From Lama glama (lineage: Eukaryota): a stretch of 60,000 nt of DNA. The translations under genes and the position numbers were made by a program. The notes below the pieces were generated by a model. That model saw only the letters and a program-made list of their open reading frames with translations. It ran no database searches and was not told where the DNA came from. The DNA is taken from contig CM052816.1 of assembly GCA_028534125.1 (NCBI GenBank), positions 96,474,001 through 96,534,000 of the forward strand, read 5' to 3'. Positions 10,446 through 24,128 of the stretch are shown piece after piece. Position 1 is the stretch's first letter; each line of letters begins with the position of its first letter.

Positions 10446-13400
10446 CGGGGAACGAAAGCCAGGCGTGGGATGATGGGTGACTTGCCGTCTCATTGCCTCT
10501 GCAACACCATTATATCATCTGCATTTATCTCAATGATCATTTCATGGTTTTGCTTTCATTTTTGTTTCATATTGGCTGGCTGAGCACCAACGCGTCTTCC
10601 ATGAAGCCAGTTGGCACAGAAGATGGTTTGATGACAGTAAATGCTTTTCAGACTTGGCTTCTAGCCTCTCAAATATGTTAAAAAGGTTTTAAGCTAACAT
10701 TTTCTAAAATACCTGTGAGGAATAGGTTCATAATTCTACACGTAATGAGACAGAGGATGAATGTCCTACATTGATCATTCAATTGTCGGTATTTACATTT
10801 TGGGCGTGGACAGTTGATCTTCCAAAGCACTGATACCTTACAGGAGAGGGATTTTATCTTTTTTGCCTAAAATCCTTTATAGTCTTTCCTAATAGGACCA
10901 TCTGTATGGGCATCGAATCCTGTCTCCGTATTGGTGACTTCCAGACGTCAGTCTCCCGCTGTGACCTCTTCTGTGAGCCCCAGACTGTCAGCAAGCTGCT
11001 CCCCAGTGTCCCCACTGCGGTGTACTGTTGACAAAGAGGTCGGGCTGTAAGTGACTGCGGGGGGCAGTCCCCTGAGATCAGGGTGAAACGAACAGGCAGA
11101 TTGACTCTGTCAACTTGCATTTCACGAAGACGTGATTTGGGGAACAAAACCCAACTGGAGGACTTAACTTAATGAAGGTGAGGTTGACTGAGACTTCGGG
11201 CAGGAGAGTGCGCTCCAAGGGCAGAGGTAAACACAGGCCCGTGAGAACAGAGCTGCACCCGAAAGGCCTGCAGCTCTTGGGACATCACAAACGTTAATGT
11301 TCCCAGCAATAGCCTCGAGGCACTGAGGCTCTGTTTGCCGTATTTAATTTAAGCAATTAGCCTGGTAATGCTTTTGAAACTTAAGTTTCAGCAAGGTGAG
11401 TAAGTTTTCACTATATTTAAAATGATCTAGAACACCCTAGTGTGCTAAAAAACAAAAGGCATTTTTTTATACTAAGGGTAAAAAAAGCATTCCTGTTTTC
11501 GATCAACTTTTACTTAGCAACAAATTTATTAATCATGTGAACTTTATTGGAAATTAAATCGTGATAACGTCTTCTCCATCAGGTATTTTTCTAAAGCTAT
11601 TACTTACAAAATCTTCTTTTTGGAGTGTATGACTGGTCTCTCCACCATTCCTTTCTCAGCTCTTCCCTTTTACTTTCTTGTGATAAATATAGTGACAAAA
11701 GAACCAAATTAATGTAATTCTTATTAACCCCCCCAAACCAAACCAAAGCATATATTTAGGAGCAAATTTTATAATGGGATATTTGAGTGTAAGTTTTGAA
11801 ATGATCAGTTAATGCACATTTCTTTGTGAAATGTATGGAGGGCGTAAATGCCTTAAATTGAGCCTTCAAGTGTTCTCTGAGCACTTGGATGTAGCAGTGG
11901 CCCAGAGAACACAGGACAGTCACACTCCACCTCTGAGTGCATCACTAGCCACCACGGAATCTACAACACACTGGTGTGAGATACGCACATCAGCACCTAC
12001 TGCTCGTTCCACACTGATCAGAGACACGGTGAGTGACCCGGGGAGTCGCCAGCCTCAGAACCCCAGACATCAGCTGTGTCAAAGAAGAGGAACTCAGGCT
12101 TGGTTAGCGGGATACCGACCCACAGGAATTCAAATCAGTGACATTACACAAGGAAACCCGCTGGGGAATGACTGTCTTATGAAATGTCACTTCCGTCTGG
12201 TGGGTGAACTGCTTAATTCGCCCAGTGAACTGGACTTCACGGATGGCCCGGGGTCAGTGGCTGTCTCGTGAAAGGGTCTAATATTATTGTCTATTTCTGT
12301 TAGTGAAGACAAACCTGCTGTGTCCCCTCTCCCTCACAATGTCCATTGTCCATGCATAATGTTAGAGCAGCGAGGGCTGTCAAGTTTTTGATTAAAATAT
12401 CTGAGATCTTTTATGTTTGGAGTGAATGAGGGTAGGATTTCAGGCAATGATATAATTTTATAAATCAGATTGTAAAATATGATTATATGAAAACATTCAT
12501 TTACTGTATTTGAGTAAAAAAATTAAGATTTTATTGGAAGTATAAATGGAGTAGGTAGGACTGATGAATGTATCAATATTTTAGTATCTACGATGGATAC
12601 TTTTACATAACTGACAAGAGAACCATATGTAGTGAGACTCCAAATACACATAGAACAACATAGTATTGTTGTTTTATTTAAAAAATGGTTAATATGGCCT
12701 CAAGTAGGTAGATAATTTTTATGGAATACAAACAATATAAGGAAATTAGCATTTGTCAGAAAAATGTTCTGTTTAACTTCAGTGAATCACCATTGGGACA
12801 CTCAATAGAGTCATTTTGATAGAGATGTCTGAAAATATGCTTATTACTAAACAGAGCATTCTTAAAACAGCAATTCTACAGTCTTTAATAATGGAAGAGC
12901 AGCATTTTTAATTCCTAGAACCTCACTGTAAATTATCTATCCTCAACATTTACGTCATTGTCATATTATAGTGTTTTAACCTATAAATGACTTGCTTAAA
13001 ATGTTAGACTAAAGATTAAAGGAGAAAATTCAGAAATCCCTGAATCATGATGTTTAATTCTTTGTTACTTTGCTGTAGATACCATTATCTCTAAGACACA
13101 TTTCCAGGAATATGTGTTTTTAAATGTACTTTGTGTTTTTAATTTTCTGACCAGGTTTACCAAAAGGGAAATGGGATGCAGCTAGTATATTAAACAAACA
13201 CATAATCTGATACATAATTTTCAGCTGGTGGTTTAAACTCATCAAAGGAAGTAAGAGTGAGGGAGAAGAAATATCTGTTAAAAAAACCTGACAAATCATA
13301 TATATCCACTGACATATATTTTGTATAACACATGACATTATTATTATATAACATCTTGAGTGGAAAAAACTGAACAAAATATAAAAGTGAAATTCAAAAG

Positions 13401-14334
13401 AATTTGAAGATTGTAGCAGCCTAATATTCATTTTTATCATTATCCCTCAAGAAAGGTCATTTCACTGGATCATATTATGATTTTGCCGAAGGGAGTGCTT
13501 CTGCTTAAATCTTGCTCTCCTCCTCAGAGCCATACGTTTCCATCTTGAACCTCCTTCCAGGGCCCTTCCTTCTGACTTGAATTCCTTTAACATTTGTAGG
13601 ACACTAAAGATTACACTAAATTGGAATTCCTCTTTTGCTTTTCGAAGCATTTATATGCTTCAAACTTTAAAAGGCAGTCCCTTACTGTTAAGCTATTTCC
13701 TGACCTCAAGGACAAAGCATCATTAGAACCAATTCTGAAAAAAAGTTCTCATTGTCCAGGCCTTCTTACTCAACCCAAAGGCTGGTGTTTTGGTAGCTGG
13801 TGTTTATCTTTTCCCTTCAAGTTTCGAAAGTTAGGAGCGCTGTAGATGAGAGCAGTCCTGATTATAAACTCAACCGCGTTTGTACAAAACAGTATTTGGC
13901 TCATCCCTTCCTGCTTTAAACCCTGGTGCTCGCTTCTCTTACTGATGAACATCCTTTGTGGCATTTTTTTCTTCCGCAGTAGGACACCTTTGTCTGCACT
14001 GAAAAACCTGCTCAGACAGATGTAATTTCTCCTCAGTGATTTTCCTAATGCTGTCTGGGAACTCGTCTGCTGCCTGTTGGTCGGCAGAATATTCTTCCCC
14101 TGTTATCTTGACACTTTTTAAACCAAACTTCTAAAATTATCAAACTATCCTTTGCTGGCATTAAATCCTCCAGCTGTAAATTCTTTAGCTTCCTTTTGCT
14201 TTAAGTTGTCACATAATGACTTTGCCTTTTCTCAAATTATATTGGCGTCTAGGTACGTCTTTTTTATAGCGTCTCTGCACCTACATAAAAGCTGAATTTT
14301 CAATACAAAATAAAAAGGTACATCACAAAAAGTG

Positions 14335-15157
14335 CAAGGTTATGCACCTGCTGGCATGCCTGCAGTAATGGCCATACAAATTCCTTTTTTTTTTTTTATA
14401 GTGGTCCTTATGCTAGATTCATTTATCTTGAAATGGGGGGGGGGGAACCTGCAGTTACAGACCCTATCTACGGTACATATCAAACAATTCAGTTTTTTCT
14501 TGTAAAGCCATGACTTTTTTCTGCTTCTTGGGAGCACCTCCGGCATCACTAGTGCACTTCATATGGGTCCCATTGTATTGTTCAAGGTTTATGATACTGT
14601 GCTAAACACAATGAAAAATAAGCAAGGATCAAACACAAGAGATCTCCTTCTACTGAGATACACAATTCAGTGGCGAGATGAACTGCTCACATGGAGATGA
14701 TCAACCTCACGTGGTGTGTTGAGCTCACTGCAGCAGCATCAGGAGGTGGCTACAAAATTATTACTGTAGCACCCTGTGTCCAGCAATAAACTCCATGCAG
14801 TTGTAATTTAATACTGCATCTTTACATTTTAAAAAATGTCTCTTGACTGTGAATGGCATCATGTATGACTTGTGTTTGTGTGCATAAATTATGATAAATT
14901 TTAACTGTTTATAATAGATTTGTGTATATTTTATGGTAGTAAATGATAAAATGGACTGGTATCTACATATATTTTTTGCAACCATGACATAGCAAACTTT
15001 TTCTTAATTTTTAGATATTTCTAAGCTACATAGTTCATCTACAAGTTTTTTTCAAATTGTCACACATCTCCAAAATATTTCCAATATACTTATTGGAGAA
15101 AATCCACATGTAAGTGGACGCATGCCCTTCAGACCTGTGCTGTTCAAGGCTCAACTG
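14335..15157 (-). mobile_element. Tigger2 5' portion including the start of the decayed transposase
   Basis: Reverse complement begins cagttgagccttgaacagcacagg...gtccacttac (Tigger2 terminus). Minus ORF 14340-14549 contains HFKINESSIRTTIKKK, a pogo/CENP-B-type HTH remnant. Confidence 0.88.
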
Positions 15158-15344
15158 TGAACGATGGAGTTGCTTGCATTCATAGTTCCTTTTATTAAAT
15201 GGGAGAAAATAAACTACTGAAATCACGTGCTATTCTAGGGGAGGGACTTTAGGGACTACTCTGCCCACAGCCTGTGCAGAGCTGGTGCCATCTTCCTTCT
15301 GACAGATGAGGAAGCCTTGACTCCAAGAGGTTATGTAATAACCC

Positions 15345-15763
15345 CTGATGGTGATGTTCTGGCTTGAGCAAATCTGCCACTCTTTACTTGGAGCTTAGGG
15401 GTGGGTCTGAAGATGGGAGAGCGGAAGAGGAGGTGACCTCTAGGTATTTCCTTTGATTCTCTCCCTCCTTCCACTCCTTTCCATTCCTGCTGCCCACATG
15501 CAGCAACTACCTTCTTCCATCTTCAGCCCAGCTCCCTCCACGTCTACTGTGCCTTGTCTTCTGGCAACATTCACCCTTCCTACTCCCTTTAGGCATAAGG
15601 ATTCTAATGAATTTCCTCAATTTCTAGTTCGCAGCTTCTTCCCCATTCTTTGTGGGTTCCAGTCACTTCCACTCACACCCTCGTAAAGATTCCGTTGTTA
15701 AACTCTCTTCAGTTGAGCCGTGTGAGGGTGTCCTTATTTCCTGCTATGGCCCTGACTGATACA
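15345..15763 (+). mobile_element. ancient ERVL-class LTR (LTR16/LTR33-like)
   Basis: 3' end taaactctcttcagttgagcc...tttcctgctatggccctgactgataca; 5' boundary uncertain. Confidence 0.65.
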
Positions 15764-16864
15764 CCATTCATCAGCAAAAACAAACAGAAACAGACACACA
15801 GACGAAAACATGCTGATGTGTCACAAAGGCAGCTGAGAAATGGCACATCTAAGTTGCTCCATGAACACTGGTGGGTGGCGGCTGGAAGGGGGCTGCAGGA
15901 ACGGAAGGTCAGGACATGGTTATCCAGGGCTCTGTTCTCTAGGGCAGGTGCAAGGTTAGGACTTTAAACAATGGGAGGTGATGGGTTTACCCTCAATGGC
16001 GAGCTGCCTCATGCATGTGTCCCAGCAGAAGCCCCGAAGGTGACTTGCTATAGATCATGATACTCTGACACTTCCTTGGGGCCTTTTGATTTTAAGTTTT
16101 TCCGAATGAAGTTAATTTAAAAAGACAAAATTCTTACAAAGCTACTTTGATTTGGACTTGAGCTGGGAATGTCTGGATTGCTTTTATCACCAAAAGATGA
16201 CCAAAAACTATTGACTAATTTCAGATCAGTTAAAAAAGTGTTCTCTCAGATAGTGAGATCTTTTCTTCACTTTAACAGTAGCTGAATGTCTGGTGATATG
16301 AACATAATCCCATGTAGTAAAAGTCAGAACTTCATTGCTGAAAGTAACCAATGTAGATATCAAACAGTAGGTCAAACAACAAGAAGGAGTTAGTATGTCT
16401 AATGCTTGTTTTGAGCACTAGAGATTTTCAGTACCTTATAATGTCTTGTACAGTCATCACGAAAAGGTCTTTTAAATTTAAATGCTCATGCAGATAAAAT
16501 GATGACATTTTCTTTTGATCATTTAAACATAGATAATATCAGAGCTGAAACGCAGTCTTTTACTAGGGCGTTTACCATTTCAGTATACCCCACGAGGGGG
16601 TATGAGCCATTTGGATATTTGTCTTGCATGATTAAGGTAAAGCAATGTCAAGGAAAGACATCATGAAGCCCAGTGACACATAATTCACATGTGGCTTTTC
16701 ACATCCATTTTTATAACCACCAATGCATTTACATTAATATACAAAATTTATTTTGTTTTCTTTTTGTTGTTGTTTGATTTTATTTCAAGCCACACTTTTC
16801 CCCAAAATACATAAGGAACCTGCAGGGGACTGGAACATTCTCCACTTCTCTCTGTATCCGCACA

Positions 16865-17314
16865 CTGTGCACTGTAGCTTTCCATATCTTTCTTCAGGGG
16901 ATGTACTTCTCCAGCCCTGAAATCTGCCTGGGCCATATATCATGCTTTGGCTAATAAAATGTGGTAGAACGAAGATGAATCAGTTCCAAAATCAGAACTC
17001 AAGAGGTCTCATACACTCTGCTCACACGGTTGGAAGCTGTTATTTCCAGGGGAAGAGCCTCTGTCTGCAGAGCTGCATGGTAAGAACACATGCCCCAGCC
17101 ACCCTGTATTGCCCCGATCAACAGCCAGACAACTATCACGTACACAAATGAGATCACCAGGACCAGCCAGCACCCAGCCCCCTCCCCAGGAGAGCACGGA
17201 TGTGTGAGCCAGTCCAGCAAAGTCAGCAGAACCACCAGTCTGAGCCCACAGAATCATGAGCCAAATCAATGGTTCTTGTTTTAAGTGGTTACACAGAGGT
17301 AGCCAACTGACTCA
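16865..17314 (+). mobile_element. MLT1 (MaLR) LTR
   Basis: tgctttggctaataaaatgtggtagaa...cccacagaatcatgagccaaatcaatggttcttgttttaag...gtagccaactgactca. Confidence 0.8.
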
Positions 17315-17399
17315 TCAGTGTACAAACACACACTGATGTGCTGTACACAGTGCAATGAGATGAAATACTCTAAAAATCGGTGATAAAAATGAGAGGTAA

Positions 17400-18360
17400 A
17401 GGAAGTTCGTGCGTCTAATCTATACCATTCAAGCCTGCGTCAGTAGTTTTTAACTAAGAGAGATTATCATAATCATGTAAAATGTGACCCAACATACAGT
17501 AACCAAGATTTCTCACCACCTGCATCACATACAAACAAACCTTCCCTCTTATTACCAGGTCTGCTTTTTGTAGTTTACAGGTACAGGGATTCTGAAATTA
17601 TTTTGGGCATATTGTAGAATTGAGCAATTGAGTAACTGTGATGTTACTAGTAACTGTGATGTGTTTCTCACTGTGAAAGTTGTAAGGGAAAAAAATAGGC
17701 AGCATAGATTGAAGAAAACAGAGACCACCCAGATGGTCAAAATTCAGATCACCTGTAGGAGCAGTGGGCATCATCCTGCGAGCATGTCATCATGTCTGAG
17801 CCAGCTGGCCACGTGTAAACTGAGTCAGGCCATGGGGACAGATCAGGCAAACTCAAATTGAGGAAAATTTTATAAAATACCTGTCACGTACTCAAGATGA
17901 GTCAAAAGACAAGGACAGCCTGAAGGACTAAAGTAGGAGCCAAACAGGAATGACAAAAGCAAGATGTAACCCTAGACCGGAACTGTGTCAGAGAAAAACA
18001 GAACACGAAAGAGACACCTTTGGGCCAAATGAAGGAATTAGAATACAGATGAAGTTTAGATGAAATTATCATGTTACTATTACATTTTTTAAAAGTTGAT
18101 AACTGTACCGTGGTTATGTCTGAGAACATTTAGTTCTTATGAAAAACATACTTAAGCAGTCAGAGAGAAGGACATGATATTAAAAACATATTCTCAAATG
18201 GTTCAGAAAAGAGTTAAAATACACATAGTTTAAATGAATGAATGAATAAAAGATGAGGCAAAATGAAAAGTGAATGAAATAACCTTTATAGATCTGTTCC
18301 AAGTATCTATTACTAGTGATACACTGACTTCATATTAAAAATTAAATGAATAAAGTTTAT
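17400..18360 (+). mobile_element. L1MC-like 3'UTR fragment
   Basis: caaactcaaattgaggaaaattttataaaatacctg...ttgataactgtaccgtggttatgtctgagaac...ttctcaaatggttcagaaaa. Confidence 0.75.
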
Positions 18361-20089
18361 ATACAAAGTATGTACACTGTACATAATTAAAATTAATGAA
18401 AGATAATGCATTTACTAACATATAATTAACAAATTTCAGTCATTTTGGTCAATGTATTCTCTGAGAAACAGAATATATTGAAATAGTATTCTTGTTAACA
18501 TTGTTTTTGTACACTACAGCATGCACATTCCTTTTATTTCTGTTTTGTAAGCTCTTGACAACTCACAGCTATGCATATAATGGGTTCAAATAATACTCTT
18601 TTTAGACGTGCACCACGTTGCTTTTTAATCTTATGTGGGAAACTATTTTCCAATTATAACTCTGCTTGTTCTTAACAAAGGACTAAATGGGGACCCAGTC
18701 AATGATACAGAAACAGTCGTTCCCCAGTGTTGCTGAGATGCTTACCTGACATTTTTCACTTTAATTCTACAAAATGCCTACGTTTTGGAAGAAACTTATT
18801 CTCTTAGGACATTAAGCTTTTGAGAATTTGAGGGAGTTTTTAATCAAGTAAAGAAAAAAGTGAAGTTGAGGTCCTCTGAAACCATGACTGTCACGAGACT
18901 ATTAAATGCTGTAATTTAAAAGTGTTAAGGAGTGACACTTTGACTAATAGTTTCATCAATACTTTGGGCTCCATTGCTCCATAAAGCGTGTGCTTGGAGA
19001 GACTGTGAGGATGTGCCCAAAGCTCTGCAGACACATTTAATCCGTCAGAGTGAACAGGGCCACGAGGGCTTCACTATGGTACACGGAGAACCTTGACTGA
19101 GAGATGTGAGTGACGCAGTTGTAAACAGATTTGCAGACTCCCTACGACGCTGTCCTGTGTGGGCACGAGCTGAGTCCTTTCCTCCAGGTTGCAGGAGTCA
19201 CAGCTCGTTCCCAGGCTCCCACACGCCCACACTTTAGAGACCCTGGGAGCCCTAGGGCATGGATCATGAAAGATTGCCAGAGCTTCTTCTTAAGCCTTAG
19301 TTCTAATACTGTAAAAACAGCAATTTCTTCTTATTTGGATACTAGTGGTACTAGCAAGATAATATTCTGAAATTGTGTAGGAGAATATGTTTAACAAGAT
19401 AATTAAGGTAATGAATTGTCTGAGTCTCTTTAATCACTATGATCTATGCTGACTAGTCCAGGTCTCTCTGTGTTTTAGATGCTCCAATGATATTTTTTGA
19501 CCAACAGAGAGGAACCTATTAGATTCCTCAAGAGAGGAAAGAGGCAATTATAATGACACGTTTTGGGTTAAAAAATTTGCTGATGTTTCTAAAGTTTACA
19601 TCCTTCAAGAAACATTCACTCAACATACTTTTATTAAGTACCCATAGTGCACCAAGAGTTATTGGAAGAGGATTGATTGAGTCCTAAACCTCAGATCATT
19701 TAGAATCTATAAAAGCACATAAACTACTATTTACACCTTGATGAAAAACACACGCAAACCAGTAGAAGCAAAAGCACAGGTTTCCCTTCTCACAGCCAAA
19801 TGCTAAGAGTGAAATTGCAAGTTCTCTGTCACATTAGTCTCGGATACACCACCTAATGCTAACTTTACGGTGATCTCTATATGATGCTTGTAATTCATCA
19901 AGGAAGAGCCATTAGTTTATCTTCTCTTATTAAGCTAAAAAGAATTCTCGGCCACTACATTCCCCCTCTTAATTATGGAAGGATTTTCTTATAGATGAAA
20001 CCACTCCTTCAATTTCTTTCATCTTTATTTATTGCCTCTGTTGATGCCAGAGACTACAGAAAACAATCATTTCACAAGTAAATATACTG

Positions 20090-22380
20090 TATGCCATACA
20101 CCTTGGCAAGAGAGTGAATTGATTCAGTCTCTGTGAAAGGCAATTTAGCAACATATGTCAAAAGTTTTATTAATGTTAAGACACATAAATTTTACTAATG
20201 TTCAGACTTTTTACCCAATGAGTGCTCTTCTAGGATTTTATGCCAAAGGCATAACTGGAACCAAAATGGTAGACAATCAGTTCAAGACGCTACCATGCTG
20301 GAGAAAAGATGAGGGCTAAGCAGTGACTTTTCATGTTGTTACATGCCCCTATAAGCACCTGCGAAAATCTTAAACTGCATAGGTGAAGAGTGAAGAATTA
20401 AGCCGATAAAACCTGAACATCAGAGTACAATTTTCAGTTGATTTCTAATGTAGAGGAGATGGAAAGAAACTGGAGCTGAGCTGAGGTATTTGGAACCTGG
20501 AGAAACAGTAGCCTCTAAGGTTGGCGACTGGAGAGGGATGCAGCAGTAGCAGTGGTGAATCAGGTGGAGGCAGAAGTTTCAAAATTTCAGCCCACATTTG
20601 AGTCAGACCTGCAGTGGAATAAAATGATTTGCTCCCCTCCAGCTGTCTACTATGGGATAGGGTGAATCTTCTCTGGAATAAGACAATATCATGAGCTTCA
20701 AAATGAGGGGCTTAGTCAAAAGTTCGTAGTCAAAATTACGTACAAGCTGAATCTCAGAACAAAAGAAGAGAGACTGAGAAATCTGATAATTGCCCCAAAT
20801 CAATAAAAGAATCACTCTACAGATTCAAGAAGTTTAGTAAATGCAAACAGCTTAAAAACAAAATGATGACACGTAGACAAGTCCTAGTAAAAATGTGGAA
20901 AAATAAAAAAAGCAGACAGAAATAAAAATACACATCACCTTCCTAGGAGCAAGGATAAGACTGACAGCTGCTATTGTCAGAAAATGCAATGGAAGTCGGA
21001 AGAAAGCAAAATGATATTATTCAAGGCTGAAAGGAAATAATTTCCAATATAAAATTCCTCACACTAAGTGAAAATATCCTACAAATACGCAGGTAAAATA
21101 AACAAGGACAAAGCAAATAAAAATAGAATTATCACCTGCAGATACTCACTAAAAGAAATGTTAAAGGTAGTTTTCTCACCAGAGTGAAAAAGGAAATTAG
21201 GGTAGAATCAAGGACAATAGAAATAATAAATATATTGGTAAATATAAATGAATATTAACACCAGAAAGCAATAATAATACAATCATGTAGCATATAAAAC
21301 ATACGTAAATATAAAATAGACAAGCACAATAACAATAAAATATTTAAAAGTTATTGACACAAATGAAGTTAGAGTATCCTCAAGTTTTAGTACTGTATAA
21401 GGAGGCAGATGAAATAATTCATTTGAGGATAAAATGAACACTGAGGTATGTTGTCATCTCTAAAGCAGCTCCTGAATGTTTGGTAAAAGAATGTGAAATT
21501 AAAAAGCAGATAATGATAATCAATGAATTAATCCAAAAGCAAATAATAGAGGAAACAAAAAATACATCAAATTGGTGAGATCGAGAGAAAACAGACAGTA
21601 TAATAACAGATATAGACATAATATTTCCAAGAAAAGGTGTCAGAGCAGTAGAATGTCCCTCTGTGTGGTGAGGGGACGGAAGAACAGGGTCTGTCTCACT
21701 CCAGACAGAAATCTAAGTGTAAAACCTACAGTCGTGAGACTTCGAAAAGAAAACGCAGAAGGAAATTGTTGTGACCTGGAGCATGCAAAAGTTTCTGAGA
21801 ATGCAAAAATCAGAAATGGCAAAAGAAATGTAAATTAAAAAATGTGGACACTTCTAAAGCCATCATAAAATGAAAAGACGAGTCACAAACTAGGAGAAAA
21901 TATTTGTAGCATCTAGAATATATACTTCAATTGTATAAAATACATCATATAATACATAATATAAGTAAAAACTGTTACTTGCCAATAATAAGAAAACCTA
22001 ATAAAAGTCAGCAAAATTTTTAAACAGACGCATTACAAAGAAGACATATAAATAGCCAACAAGGACATGAAAAAATACTATATATTATTGGTCCTTAAGG
22101 AAATACAAAGCAAACTGTTAGAGCATAAATGTAACGGTATATAATAAGAAAACAAACACTGAAATTAAATTCACTAATTACACAACTGTAATTGGCAAAA
22201 TCAAATCGGCAAAATCAATTTTAAAATGCCAAAGACAGCAGAAGAAAATGAATTACAAAATATAATAGCCAGAAACTAAAAGCAATCAACTAAGTCAAAG
22301 ATGGAGAAATCTTTGACAAGTCTGATGAAGAGAAAAGGAGAGCAGATGCAAATAAATGGCACAGGAAAGGAGACACCACT
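20090..22380 (+). mobile_element. cluster of very old L1/HAL1 fragments (ORF1 remnant about 20800-21200, ORF2 3' part about 21690-22110)
   Basis: A-rich strand; cagattcaagaag, aagactgacagctg, atggaagtcggaagaaag, ctaggagaaaatatttgtagca, aagaagacatataaatagccaacaaggacatgaaaaaatact. Confidence 0.75.
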
Positions 22381-22404
22381 TACGTGACAGCGAGAGCTAA
22401 TTCT

Positions 22405-22552
22405 CGGTGAGCAATTGTTTTAGGCTTGCCACTGTCCCATATATTAACTCATTTAGTCCTTGAAACAATTGTACAAGGTCAGTGCTATTATGATTCACAT
22501 TTTATAGTTGAGGAAACAGAAAACTCGAGTGGTAGAGGCAGCACCAAAGGTC
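22405..22552 (-). mobile_element. MIR SINE
   Basis: tatattaactcatttagtcctt...attttatagttgaggaaacaga. Confidence 0.75.
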
Positions 22553-22904
22553 AGAAAATCTCCTTCCAGTATCCAGGAATCTAACTGACCCAGAGGAGAT
22601 GGAAACAGTCCTGTGAACATACAAGGTGCAGTCATAGTAGAATGAATATTTGTTTCATCATTTTTGCAAATAAAAGTAAAAATGCTAATGCTTACCTAAA
22701 CGTCTAATGGAATTATGAACAGAACAATAAACAAATTAAATTAAAATGGAATGTGAAATCCGAGTGGTAAGTGCGGGAAAGGCAGTCTCTGTACACGGCG
22801 GTGTCTGAGCTTTCCTGGGCACCCGGGGACCCGCAGTGCCGCTGTCACTAACCACCACCGCCGCCGCTGCCGCCACTGCCCCTCCCAGCCCCGCCTGCAC
22901 TTCA

Positions 22905-23392
22905 CAGGCGCACCTCGTCTTACTGCACTTCGCTTCATGAAGCTTTCTACACATCCAGAATTTGCGGCAACCCTGTAGTTGAGCAAGTCCTTTGGCACCG
23001 TTTTCCCAACAGCATTTGCTCACGTCGTGGCTCTGTCCCATTTTGGTGATTCTCACAATATGTCAAATGTCCGTTGTTAGAATATCCTTACGGTGACCTG
23101 GGATCAGTGACCCTTGATGTTACTACTATGACTCATGGATGATGGTTAGCAGGTTTTTTTTTTTAAGCAATAAAGTATTTTTAAACTAAAGTAGGTGTTT
23201 TAAAGTATTTTTAAATTAAGATTGTCTTTTTAGATACAATGCTATTGCACACTTCATAGGTGACGGTATCGTGTAAACATAACTTTTACATGCACCGGGG
23301 AACCAAAAGGTTCCTGTGACTGGCATTACTGGGAGAGTCGCTTTATCACGGCGGCCTGGAAGCAAACCCGCAGTGTCCTCGAGGTCTGCCTG
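22905..23392 (+). mobile_element. internally deleted Tigger1 derivative (Tigger1a-type MITE) with both termini
   Basis: TIRs caggcgcacctcg ... cgaggtctgcctg followed by TA. Internal ggcaaccctgtagttgagcaagtc and aatgctattgcacactt match recalled Tigger1 ends. Confidence 0.9.
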
Positions 23393-23394
23393 TA

Positions 23395-23600
23395 ACCCAC
23401 GCGGCCGCTGCCTCTGATGCTAGCACTGGTCCTAGTACTGCTGGACCCAGTTCTGCTGCCGCTCTTGCTCCTGCCATCCCCGCTGTTACTGGTGCCACTA
23501 CCACTGCTGCGCTACAGCCGGGGCCAACATGGCTACTTGTGCTACTACTGCACACGTGACTTGCCAGCATCTCGACCACCGTTGTTACTCCTAACTTGTA
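23395..23600. repeat. degenerate (GCT/ACT/GCC)n triplet low-complexity tract, continuing at about 22835-22900 on the other side of the Tigger
   Basis: Visible 3-nt periodicity (gccgctgcctctgatgctagcactggtcctagtactgct). Confidence 0.7.
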
Positions 23601-23764
23601 TAATCATTACACAAGCAGACAGCTTTTCGTGCTTACTTTTTGCCTACCTCTATTTGCTTTACACGTATTAACATATTTAACCCTAAAAGAAATCCTAGGA
23701 CGTAGTTGCTATAAATTATTGCAAATCATCCAGAGCGTAACAAACGCAGAAACGTGTTAAGTAT

Positions 23765-24128
23765 TACTGTGTCTTACCAATGCCGCGTTCAGGCACAAGA
23801 AGAACCACACGACCCAGCCTGCCGCTGAGCCCCCTGTCCAGTTCAAACCGGTGGGCTGCAGGGCCTGACATCTGGCCGGCGTGACCTCAGCCCACGTGCG
23901 ATCTCCATGCTTTCTCTCCGGAAGGTCTCATGCTCCGGATGATGTGGCCAGAAAAGGATGGATACGAGTGACTTTTTAAAGTTCCTGAGTCATTTTATGG
24001 AGCAGAGCCCCCAGCTCAACTGCTTTGCATCTAAACCATCAGCTAAAAATAGACCTTTCCTGGTTAGGCTACTGAGACTGGGGGGTTATTCACCACTTCA
24101 ACATAGTCTGCCTTATTCTGAGTAATAC
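23765..24128 (+). mobile_element. old MLT1 LTR
   Basis: 3' end ctttcctggttaggctactgagactggggggttatt...ttctgagtaatac. Confidence 0.55.

Noticed and set aside
23346..23671. Ala/Val-rich and Leu-rich ORFs resembling signal or membrane peptides
   Set aside because: Translation of a degenerate triplet repeat that overlaps the Tigger end
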